Source: Carcharhinus amblyrhynchos (Eukaryota). Taken from it: DNA of 64,000 nucleotides. Made by a program: the position numbers and the translations under genes. The stretch covers positions 63,612,001 through 63,676,000 of the forward strand of contig OZ336885.1 in the NCBI GenBank assembly GCA_965287045.1. Direction: 5' to 3'. Positions 38,570 to 49,629 of the stretch are shown here, one piece after another. Within the stretch, counting starts at the first letter, position 1, and every line of letters starts with the position of its first letter. The notes below the pieces were generated by a model. It had not been told where the DNA came from. It worked only from the letters and a program-made list of their open reading frames with translations, and did no database searches.

Positions 38570-38770
38570 CGATGTGGAGTTGCTGTCCTTTGGACTGGGA
38601 TAAGGCAGAACAAGTATTCTCACAACAGCAGGTTAAAGACGAACACGTTTATTTGGTAGCACGAGCTTTCGGAGCGCTGCTCCTTCATCAGACGAGCGCC
38701 TCTCATCTCATGAAAGAGCACCGCTCCGGAACCCCGTGCTACCAAATAAATCTGTTGGATTTTAACCTGA
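38570..38770. mobile_element. Penelope pseudo-LTR-derived palindromic element (63-bp inverted arms, 15-nt spacer)
   Basis: 38629-38691 is an imperfect reverse complement of 38707-38769 (caggttaaa..tttatttggtagcacg..ggagcg / cgctcc..cgtgctaccaaataaa..tttaacctg). Confidence 0.85.
38660..38694 (-). ncRNA. Minimal type I hammerhead ribozyme motif (PLE-type)
   Basis: Minus strand reads cgu-CUGAUGA-A-GGAGC-agc-GCUCC-GAAA-GC-UC-gug: intact core, 5-bp stem II, palindromic AGCU stem III, weak 3-bp stem I with two G:U pairs. Confidence 0.7.
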
Positions 38771-39599
38771 AATGAATGCGCCGGCAGAGAAAGAGCTTCC
38801 AGAGAATGTGAATGATTTGGGCGTCATTCTGTTAAAAAGAGAAATATTTCTGCATGGAATATCTGCGGCCGGAGGAAATTCAGTTAAGTGTCATTGATGG
38901 GAAACTAATGCTGCAACACAGAAATGCATCAAGGACTGTACGTCTGGACATATTGTGGTTGGGGTGCAGGGGTGAGTGAGTTACATGGAAGGTTTTTTTT
39001 AGCAAAGGACAGGCTATGCGAAAAAGAAGACTTACAACTGCGTGAAAGGGGCTTATGGTTCGTTCAGCGTTCATTAACAAAAATGGTGTTTCCAGCGGGA
39101 CTTGTAATGAGATTCATTAGACAAACGTTTGCATGTTTGGCTACTGTTTATTTCCAAACGTTCTGAGGTTACTGCCGTTGATCTGCATGGAGAATACGGC
39201 TGTATTATGACTTCAGACGAATTCCCCATTTTTGGCTGTGCATAAGGAGTCGGAACTTTGACATTCCAGACTGTATTTCTGCAATGACATGATTGAATCT
39301 CGGGGAATTTTGCAGCATTTAACAATGCCTCCAAAGGTATCCACATGGAGAATAATTTAATTTGGGGATAAATTCACCGGTATGTTGACAAGCTGCTCTG
39401 CTGAAAAGTGATGCGTGTCCAAAAAGCAAAGATATGTTTTGATGCGAGATTTCAAGTGTCGTCAGGTTACAGCTGTGCAACTGTATTCCCCATTAGAAAG
39501 GGAGTTGTGGGGATGAAGTAAACAATTTGACACTGTCCTGCAGACATCATTCAATTGAGGGAAGAAAGGGACCGAAATGCTAAAAGCGGCGTCAATGGT

Positions 39600-39715
39600 C
39601 GTCATGATGTGGAGATGCCGGCGTTGGACTGGGATGAATCAGAAATAAACCCCACAATACTAGGTTAAAGTCCACTTAAATAAACCTGTTTGGAATGTGT
39701 TGTGGGTTTTTTTTT
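39600..39715. mobile_element. Internally deleted copy of the same Penelope-derived element
   Basis: tgatgtggagatgccggcgttggactggg..cacaatactaggttaaagtcca..aaataaacctgtt..gtgttgtg shares its ends with 38570-38770 but lacks the ribozyme core. Confidence 0.75.
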
Positions 39716-40379
39716 ATGCTAAAAGCGGAGAGTAGGGTCTGCTGCATACGTCCCCCTCCCACCACCCACACCCCGCCAAAGTTAAGTATTAAATGTTAAT
39801 GCTTCTGTTGCCTGCCTGCTCTCAGGATTCAAGGTGTTTGATCAGGGCTGGGGCGGAAATCAAGTTGTACTGATGCACGAAACTTCGTCCGACATAGGTA
39901 GAAGAACGAGAAATTAATTTGTTCACAGCACTTGGAAGGCGATGGGCTGGAAATGAAGAACATGGAGCGGGAATTTTCGCAAGGTTTAACAGGATATATG
40001 GAAAATCAATTCGTGGGATCGATAATTCGCTCAAATGTTGAAGTGCAAATTTTGGATTCCTGTTTCTGGTCAGATCAATATTGGAGAACATGAGATCTGT
40101 ACCTCGGCAGATTTTGCATATGATCCACCCTGGGACTGTCTCTTCAGTGAGCTGCAGACTAGGTACTACATGGGGAAATGATAAAGAATATAGATACGCA
40201 TGCAATGTCGGTCACATTGATAAATTGAGTTCATTTTTTTTCTGAGTTGTAGAAGGTAAATAGTGATAGCAAAAAAAAAAGCGATCGTGATTGGGATCCA
40301 CTGTCCAATGGCACGCTACAGGAACCTGAGCTGGCTCGCCTGCTATTTGTCATGCAAATATATGTTATAGTTGACATTG

Positions 40380-40932
40380 TTGGGTTTGGATTGACAAGAT
40401 TACAAACGAATCAAACTTGGGCTTGGTCACCGTATAAGCGGAATGATGTGAATTCATTGGAAGGTGCGCAATGGAGTTTTACCAGGTTGCTGCCGACATG
40501 GAAAAACTAAATTACCCAAACCTTTTTTGATAGACTTCTGTTATTTCTGATCGAGAAGAGTTATGACATGATCGAGATCTTCAAGATTATGAAAGACATG
40601 GAAAAATGCATGGGAGGAGACGTTCCGCCGAGTTGCCAAATAGATTTTGAAGGGACGTTTGATAACGTTTAGTTGCAGAAGGTTTAGGACGATGTGGGAT
40701 GTGAGCAACATTTTTTTTTGCCAAATAGTTTTTGATTGTCTGGAATGCACCTGTTTGTCGTATGGTAGAGACAGGTTGTCTCATATCTTTTCAAATGCTG
40801 CTGGATGAACACGTGATTCTTAAGAGCATTCAAAACTATGGAACAAGTGGTGGTAATTGGCAAATTGGTTCTTGCCTGTCACTGCAGACTGATCGTCCTA
40901 AACATTTTTCCCCAACTTTTATGATTCTATGA
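40380..40932 (+). mobile_element. Decayed CR1 3' fragment
   Basis: WSPYKR.DV.SLE..Q..FTRLLP, DMIEIFKIMK, IVWNAP motifs and a ttttatgattctatg tail. Confidence 0.75.
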
Positions 40933-41739
40933 AACCCTTAATACAAGGAATCTAAGAATAATTAAAAAGAAAACAACACATTACGAATGATGAGGTAGAG
41001 TCTATTTTCGCAGAAAGAGAGAGAGAAAAAAAATATAGTATTGAAACAGAAGATTGTCGCACACTTCAACGTCAAATCACAAAGGGCACTCTACCTTAAT
41101 GCACGTACCATTCTAAATAAAGCGGGTGAATCAAAAAATCAATCAAAACGTGTTGAATTTCATACAAACTGTTTTTTTTTTCATTTCTCCACTACAGACC
41201 GGAAGTTGCTCCCATCTTGGCTATTTTTCCCCTCTTCTTAAGCAAAATGTCAATATTCTAATTGATCCAACAGCTGTGAATATGAGTTAGATTAAGCGAC
41301 TCATTGCCTTTATCTTCCACTTCTCTCCTACGCTGGAAAAAAAAAATCAATGTTTCAGGAGATTCCCAATGGTTACCTTGTGGAGAACTGAATTTTGCAG
41401 GTTAGCATTTTAGTTTCCCACCACATGCAAAATTATTCACTTTGCATTCTTCTGAACATCGAACAAAGTGAGATTTATAATGTTAATTTCAAATCATCTC
41501 CTTTCTTGAAAAAAAAAAGGTAAATCAACAATCCAGACTTTATTGGTTGACCTGCAAGCCATTAAACCAGAGAGCTGAGTGCATGCTTGGTCCATTGAAT
41601 CAGAGAACAATGGTAAACGATTGATCGCCTTCATTTTTGCTTGTGTTTGTGCAAAAATTGCGAAGGACAAAGTGTGTTAACTCTGTTTACATTCTTTGAG
41701 AAAAATATGACGTGATGGCTTCTTGAAAGTTTGAAGTTT

Positions 41740-42005
41740 CTGAGCGGTATTACGACTTTACTAATAACCCAGAGACCAACAGACATGGCTTCGAATCCAA
41801 GCATAGAATATTAATTTAAAATGCATCTGGCATTTAACATTTAAGATTACAATAAACCCACTATCAATTCTGAATGCGAATTTGAATCACAAATGCCCTT
41901 TAAGGAAGGCGTTCTACTATCTTCACATGAGCTGCCAGAAGTCTAACACCAGGTGCAGAGGAAACTACTTGATTCGTAAATGACCTCAGAAATTTCGGCC
42001 CAGCC
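41740..42005 (+). mobile_element. Decayed second-family tRNA SINE
   Basis: ctaataacccagagacc..gacatggcttcgaatcc..aatgccctttaaggaagg, homologous to the 36699 family. Confidence 0.55.
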
Positions 42006-42055
42006 GCATAAACCCGAATGCTTTGAACGAAGCTATACACACATATAATATGCTC

Positions 42056-42420
42056 CATCTGTAAAAGAACCGTTTACATTGTCCCGTCGGATGCAGTTTA
42101 AAAAATGTGACTATGTGAAAGTGAGTGAAATTTCTCGTGAAATGCATAAGACACAATCAAGCCAAATGTATCGCTGTTTGTGCGGTACATATTCCTGAGT
42201 GTTCTTGTTGTGGAACTCGGACATTTACTTATAGAAAATGTTTTGGTCCTTTTGAATGGGATATGCAGTTGTTTGATAATCTTTTGGAATCCTTTACTTG
42301 AGTCACTCTCCGCAGAATTGACAGTTTCTATCCTGCAGTAAGAGCGAACTTATTTATCTTAAATGACAACATACATTCGGCGACTAAAGCTGAATGAGTT
42401 GTGGAAATTGCATTCACTGA
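42056..42420 (+). repeat. Copy 1 of a local direct duplication
   Basis: Ungapped alignment to 43196-43500 at offset 1140, then a ~21-bp deletion; roughly 80% identical by eye. Confidence 0.92.
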
Positions 42421-42616
42421 CAGTGTTAAGTTTTAAAGATTAATTTGTGGGAGATGGCAGTTGATTTATTTTTTCATGAATTGAGATGAGCATGCTTATT
42501 TCCAGGTGAGACTGAATGTTGTCGAGGATTTGTTACATATGGACAAGCACTGTTGAATTATATATGGAACTTAGACCTATGCTGCAAATTGCCCATTTAT
42601 TGATATGCAAGCCCAG

Positions 42617-42942
42617 AATCTAGAATCCCTACAGTACAGAAAGAGGCCATTTGGCATCGAGTCTGCACCGACCACAATCCCACCCAGGCCCTATTCCCAT
42701 ATCCTTACATATTTACCCAGTTATCCCTCTATCCTACGCACCTCGGGACACTAAGGACAATGTTAGCATGGCCAATCAACCTAACCTGCACATCTTTGGA
42801 CTGTGGGAGGAAACCGGAGCAACCGCAGGAAACCCATGCAGACACCAGGAGAATGTGCAAACTCCACACAAACAGTGACCCAAGCCGAGAATCGCTGGTG
42901 CTGTGAAGCAGCTTTATTAACCACTTTGCTACCGTGCCGCCC
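42617..42942 (-). mobile_element. HE1/V-SINE
   Basis: Reverse complement of a full SINE from gggcggcacggtagcaaagtgg to ctgtagggattctagatt; small deletion in the B-box region. Confidence 0.92.
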
Positions 42943-43195
42943 CATTTCTGTTTTACGATGGAAAGAAGGCCATTGGGAAGGCAACCGAATTTTTCTGGAC
43001 ACAACGACCTCAACTGATGAACACTTCTTGTGGTGTATGTAGATTGAAACATCTGAAATGGAAAAGTCCGAGGAGTCTTCGTGTTAACAGTTCTTTACTC
43101 CAAAAAGCTTACTGTTCTTGCTTGATTTAGAAAAAAAAGGATTATTCATGTTATAAGCGGTAACATGCACACTTCATGTTGGCTGTCGTCAACGT

Positions 43196-43580
43196 CATCT
43201 GTAATTGAAGCATTCATATTGGCCCGGCGGACGCAATTTAAAAATTGTGACTATGTGAAAGTGAATGAAATGTCTGGTGAAATGCATAACATACTATCAA
43301 AACAAATGTATTGTTGTCTGTGCGCTAGATATTCCTGACTGATGTTGTAGTGGAACTCGGACAAACACTTATAGAGAATGTTTTGGTGCTTTTGAATGGG
43401 ACATGCAGTTATTTGGCAACCTTTTGGAATACGTTATGTGAGTTACTCTCCAGTGAATTGACAGTTTCTATCCTGCAGTCAGAGCCAACTTATTTATCGT
43501 GTGGAACTAATGCATTTATCAATAATGACAACATGCATTAAGCGACTAAAGCTGAATCAGTTGTGAAAATTGTGTTCATC
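43196..43580 (+). repeat. Copy 2 of the local direct duplication; contains a candidate 87-nt exon (43351-43437)
   Basis: Aligns to 42056-42420. Carries ctgac..ttgtAG acceptor (43349-50) and GTGAGT donor (43438-43). The duplication is certain; the exon is tentative. Confidence 0.9.
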
Positions 43581-45820
43581 TGAATTTTCAATATCGTACT
43601 TCACAGATGCAACTCTGCAACACATACCTTGCCCCGGCATCAAAAAAAAAACAACTGAGCGCCATTAAAATTTGTTGATGAAAATGTTCATCACACGCTG
43701 ATAATAGACTGTTCTTTGCGTGAATCAATGACATGTAATTTCCTTTTTTTTTCTATCACCATCAATTTCTAACTCATTTTCAACATTGCTATCCCAAAGA
43801 CTGAGAGTTATATGTACTTCAACAGCGTGACTGGGCGCGGCCAAATCAATTGCTTTAGTCACCATTACATTTCAGAGAACATTTTCAGGTGGCAGAGCTT
43901 TCAGTGTATTGAATGTATTCAGGTACTTCATGGCATCACGTTAAGAAGTTTGGTTCGCCAACAAAATTTATACTCGCAATTCGCAAATTTAAATCTTGTT
44001 TGCCTCAAGCAACTGCACCACAGTATCCTTATGACACAGAATGGGGCATTGTTTCCACACTGAAATTTATGTTGTTACCGTCTTTTTAACATAATGTGTG
44101 CAGTGACGATCTGCAGAAATTTCTTGCATACTTATCATTTTTTAATGCGACATCACCAAATGTGCAGCGATCATTTGAATATTTGCTATGTTGTGCATTT
44201 TGCAAAGAGGGTAGTGTTCATGGTACATTCGACGCGTTCTTAGTCCTTGCAGATTCAAAGGCTAACGTTCCATTTCGTTGTGTAGACTGTAAAATTTAAA
44301 TGTGATTCAGTTAACTTTCCAGCCAATATTATTAATCACTTCTATCGTGCACATTTTTTTAAATGTTGGCAATTCTAATAAATGAAACAAGATGATTTTT
44401 AAAGCCAAATTTAAGTTGGTTCAAATGTCCCCCACCAAAAAAAAACACTGGAAATTAATACGGATAAAATGGAATGAGATTTGTGCGATGGTCCGTTATT
44501 GTTATTTTTTTTGTCCCTTAATATTATTCATAGTATGTGTCCACAAACAATATGGTACGTTCTGATTGTTTGATTTATTGTTAGCGCCTGTGGTCCTGCA
44601 CAGTATATTGGCAGTTGACAAAACTTGAGGCCAACTTCGATTACCCAATAAGTGCCAGTAACATGATAATCATATGGAAACTTTTTCAGGTATTCACGTC
44701 CATGTACAGCCTTTCAGGCCTAATATTTTCTTCAACAATGAGTAGAATATTAGATAAAAAATAATTAAAAAAACAGTAAATCAACACAGTGTTATCTCCC
44801 TGACAGCTTACTTATCGTATAAACCTTCAAATTATTTTTCGTCACGTTTCTTCAAACCAAAAAAAAGAACGGCAGATTTGTCAGATTGTTTCGATCTGAA
44901 CAATAGTCCAATTGTTTCATGAATGCATTCCGGATGGAACTGAAATACGTACATGCATGCAAAACAGTTAAAGACAATGGAATTTGCCAAAGGATATTAC
45001 AGCAACATGAAAAGGTTGTTGGTATGTTGTGTGGCACATTGTTTTAAATGCTACATCTACAATATGCAACTTAATGTCCAAAAAGTAATGCTGCAGTACA
45101 CCAGCATGCTCAGAAATAATGATATGCATTGCACCTCCTCTTAATCCTGTAAAAGGTTGTCACTAACACTTATAGGTCTACCCGAGGAATATATTTTCCC
45201 AGGATTCTTCTTTTTAGAAAAAAAAATATAAACACAACCACTGCCTGTCTTGAACCGGCCGCATGCAATGGTCAGGAGACGTGTCCAATTTATATGATGT
45301 ATTGTCTACTGTAAATCTACGAATTCATGGCATAATCCTCAGAATGTGGCAGCTATAACAAATACTCTGCGGAATTTTTATCCATAACGTGCATCATGGC
45401 GCTATGTTTCCGCTGAATAAATCTTTACAATTTCGTGATCATAAAACAAAGTTTGCAAGCACTTCAGGTAAAAATGTCCTCCAGGAATCAATAGCACGGT
45501 TGGGCATCGTTATGATTAATGGAAGATGAGACAAACTATTCATCCTTAACACTCCAGTTCGCTGATAGTGACATCGCTCCCAATCTTTGTGTTAATTATG
45601 CAAATTCGCACAAATTGATTTCAAGAATTGCTTTCATAAGTTAAACAATGGGCAGCGTATAATATCATCAGAGGTGGTTGTCACTTGCCTTGAATCATGG
45701 ACAACGTTAATAAAAAAAAAAGTGGAAAAGCTTGTCTACACCTGAGCTCGTCGAAAAGCATTGGTCATTCCGAGAATAACTGCGCCACTATTTGATATGT
45801 TTGTTTTGCGCAGCAGAAGA

Positions 45821-46247
45821 TGTACCTAGTAAATTTTAGAAGGATGAGGGGGGATCTTATCGAAACATATAAGACAATGAAAGGGAAAGATAAGGTAGAG
45901 AGATTTTTCCCGCTCAGAAAGGACAGCATGACAAGAGGGCACAGCCTCAAGATAAGGGGGGAGGGAGGCAGTTTAGAACAGAGTTGAGGAGGAACTTCTT
46001 CACTAAAAGGGTGGTGAATCTCTGGAATTCTCTGCCCGTTGAAACGGTGGCGGCACCTCGCTAAACATATTTAAGTCACGGGTAGATAGGTTTTTGACAG
46101 CCAAGGGAATTAAGGGTTATGGGGAGAACGCGGGAAAGTGGAACTGATCCACTTCAGATCAGCCATGATCTTATTGAATGGCGGGGCAGGCTCGAAGGGC
46201 TAGATGTTCTACTCCTGCTCCTACTTCTGATGTTCTTATGTTCTTAT
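45821..46247 (+). mobile_element. Young CR1/HER1-like 3' end
   Basis: FRRMRGDLIETYK..RGHSLKI..RRNFFTKRVVNLWNSLP, with the same 3' UTR and TTCTTATG tail as 163-523 and 14687-15575. Confidence 0.93.
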
Positions 46248-46299
46248 AAATATTCCCGTGCTTCGGTCGAGTTCCAAAAAAAAAACTTGACCAATCTGC

Positions 46300-49210
46300 A
46301 TTTTGAGAAGTCCCGGTACTCCTATTCTGAGACGATTGGATTTTGCGCATCACTGTGTCTGGATTTACCACCATCCTCCACTCCACCCCTCCCACAGCCC
46401 CTCGATTCGTGGAAATAATAATACAAATGGAAAACTTCACAACACGCCTGATCTGTTTTGAACCATTAACTATGTGCCGCCCAGCATCCCTGGAGAAAAA
46501 ACAGTTGAATTTCCCCTGCACCCCCTCCAATTTAATTATTTCTTTCCTATAACGTGTTTTCCAAAACTGAACAGTAACAATGTGTTCAACATGTTCTTTA
46601 ATACAAAACAAACTTGTCCGAAACGTCTTCTAATTCATGCCACGATTGATAAATGCACGTGTCTCATATTCCTTTTTCTCGACCCCACTGCTAACATGCT
46701 CTAATGTCTTCAGAGATCCATGGACAGGCACACCAAGTTCTCTTTGTTCCACACTATATCCTTGTGACATACCGTTCATTGAATACTTTATAGTTAAATT
46801 ACTTATTTTAAAGCATATCCTTTCATAGATTTAAGTGTTAAATTCCACCTATCACTTACTTGCTCATGTTCTCATTTATTTTGTATTATGTTGCAGTCCA
46901 AGGCACTCAGCCTCGATGATATAAACCAGCCCAATGTTTGTGGCGTCCGCAATCTTAGTAACTATATCCTTCACATCGGCATCTATGCTCTTTCTACAAA
47001 GGGCGAATAATAGGGGCAGAACATTAATCTAGACATTGTTTTCCAACCACTAAAGCAGCCTTCCGTCATGACATCTCATCTCCTATATCTGAACCCATTT
47101 TAAGTCCACTTTATCGATATACCCTGTATCCCAGTTACAAGTACCTGCTTTGCAAATCTCTCGTCCAGGTCCCTGAAATTCTTTGCTGAATACATATAAA
47201 CTGCAGCAACAGCACTAACATCATTTGCATCAACCGCTTAAAACATCGAAAGTGTTAGTCGTGGCCTCAATTTACAAAGCCATGCTAATTATTGCCAACT
47301 CTGAAGACGTTAGAGCACGTTAGTAGTGGTGTCGAGAAACAGACATATGAGATACGCGCACTTATCAATCGTGGCATGAGTTATGAAAACGTTTTGGACA
47401 GGTTCGTTTTGTATTAAAACATGATGAATATATTGCTATCGTTCCGTGTGCTGTTTTGGTCGTCACATTGTAGGAAAGAAATTATTGCGTTGCAGGGGAT
47501 GCAGATGAAATTCAACTGGTTCCTTCCAGGGATTAAACAATTAGGTTATAAGGGCAGGTTGGATGAGATTGTTATTATGTTTCTCGTTAAGACTGATGAA
47601 ACTGAAGGATCATCTGCATGAACTGCATAAAGCTATTTGGCTCATGCTGAGTGAGGAGCGTGAGAAACTGTTTCAATTAGTTGAAGGGTCTGTCACAAAG
47701 TGGCATACGTTTAACATGAGGGCCAGGCTATTTAGCTGAGATGAGAGAGAAAACAAAAACGAGCGGGAGGCAACTGATCATGCCTTGTCTCTCCAATTGG
47801 ATCTCTTCTGCAGAAGTTTATCTTTTTTTTCTACCACTGACATGAGACTCCCTAATCTGTAGTTGTCTTGTTTTCATCCACAACGCTTGTTCAATATCAG
47901 AACAACATTATCCGTTCTGCATTTTCCTCGCACGATACCAACATCTCTTGAAGAATTGAATGTTTTGGCCAGAGCACCTACAATCTCTTCTCTTGCCCCT
48001 CAAATTAGACTAGGTACAATTCATCTAGAACGAAAGTTTGATCCAGGTTTAGGCCTGCCAACAACTTTAATATCATCCTTCTAAATGCCAAATTCTCACA
48101 GTGCTCACAAACTCCTTACAGACATCCGTAATGTTTTTGCCATTGTATTTTCATAATGACAGGCTTATGTTTCCCTTCAACGCTCAACCAATGTCCTACG
48201 AATGATATCACAAAAATGGGCCCTGGTTAATAAACCTACTGAATTCCATTACTTTTTTTTATTAGCTAGAGCTTTTTGGGGTTCCCACTTTGCTTTCTTA
48301 CTGCGTTCATAATTTCCACCATGTGCTGACTATAAATAACTAATGCCTCTGTTGATTCACCCCCTCCCCCCCCCCCCCCCCCCCGCCTCCAATGATTGAT
48401 AAATGCCTTTGTTTTCCAACTGATCGTAACCTGAGGACCCCTGGCCATCCAAGTCCTTTTCGCTTGTGACGCTTTGCTGTCACCCTAGAGGTTATAAACT
48501 GGAATTACACCCTCTGCATTTGTTTTTAATTCCTCCACGCTGTTCTGCAGGTTTTCCGTTTCGGAAATCGACGCAGTCCACCTTGGCCAAATCCCAGCGT
48601 ACTTTGCAAATATATGCTGGTTCCACAATCCTAAGTATTTGTTTTCTTCCAAATGTAACGTTCTCTTTTCCATAAAATCCGCTAAAATTTCCTCACACCT
48701 GGAGCAATTCCCAGTTTGATTCCCTTGGATTTTAGAAAGGGCAACTGTGCCTTTGATGGAACTTTAAAACAATTATCCGAGAACGTGTCCTGTACGCATT
48801 GCAATAAATAAAATTGGCCCACGCCCTTAATGTTATGTATGTCCAATAAATTTTGGGAAACCACGCTTTATTTTTTTAACAAATCTTAATGTATGCACAT
48901 ATTTGTTCCTTGATATCCCACTGAAAATGTTTGGACTATAAATAAATATCTAACGGTGTGTTTGCCCGTTTCGGATTCTAATGCACTATCCACAATTTTA
49001 CATTCCATAGCCCTCCAAAATATCATCTCTCCTGACTGCATTAACTGACACTAATAATGTCATGACTGCTAGCCGTTTACCTCCTCCTCTGTCGCTCACG
49101 AAACCACTTTATTCCAGAATGTTGAATTGTCAATCCCACCCATCCTTCAGCCATGTTTTCAAATATGTGTCTGTGGCTGGAAACCCATAAGAAAAGTCAT
49201 GATTATTCAT
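46300..49210 (-). mobile_element. Old decayed CR1 ORF2, interrupted at ~47300-47760
   Basis: Minus-strand CR1 motifs: VQFW..YRKEIIKLEGVQ (46171-46611), KIADA (~46945), and APE-like QFYLLQCVQDTF (48682-48864). Confidence 0.7.
47300..47755 (+). mobile_element. CR1 segment in inverted orientation, paralogous to 46490-46715
   Basis: LFWSSHCRKEIIALQGMQMKFNWFLPG; shares idiosyncratic substitutions with the reverse complement of 46490-46715. Confidence 0.8.
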
Positions 49211-49629
49211 AATGTTCTAAAATGGGCAAACAAGATAATCCTTATCATGAAACTTATAAGTTTTTTTAATGTAATTGACCTTGTGCTGAAACCAGATATC
49301 AGACCAGGGCTCGCAATGGAGTAACACAGAGCCGGCATTGTCGGTCGGGCCATTTCTGTCATGCAAATATTTGAGGAATTGGACCAGACATGAGAATGTT
49401 GTCTCATGCAAATGATCCAACATCATCGTAACGTTAAAGGAGTATTTCCTTAGATCAGCAGACATTAACATGTTTTGATAAGATACATATAAAGCCCGGA
49501 CAGATGCACAGATGTAGCAACAAATCGTTCGCAGTTGAGAAACAATTATACTTCCCATTAACGTAAGTGATTCTTATCTGGGTATGCTTTTATGCTATCA
49601 GGACAGAGCTAGGTATCCGAAACGGATAC

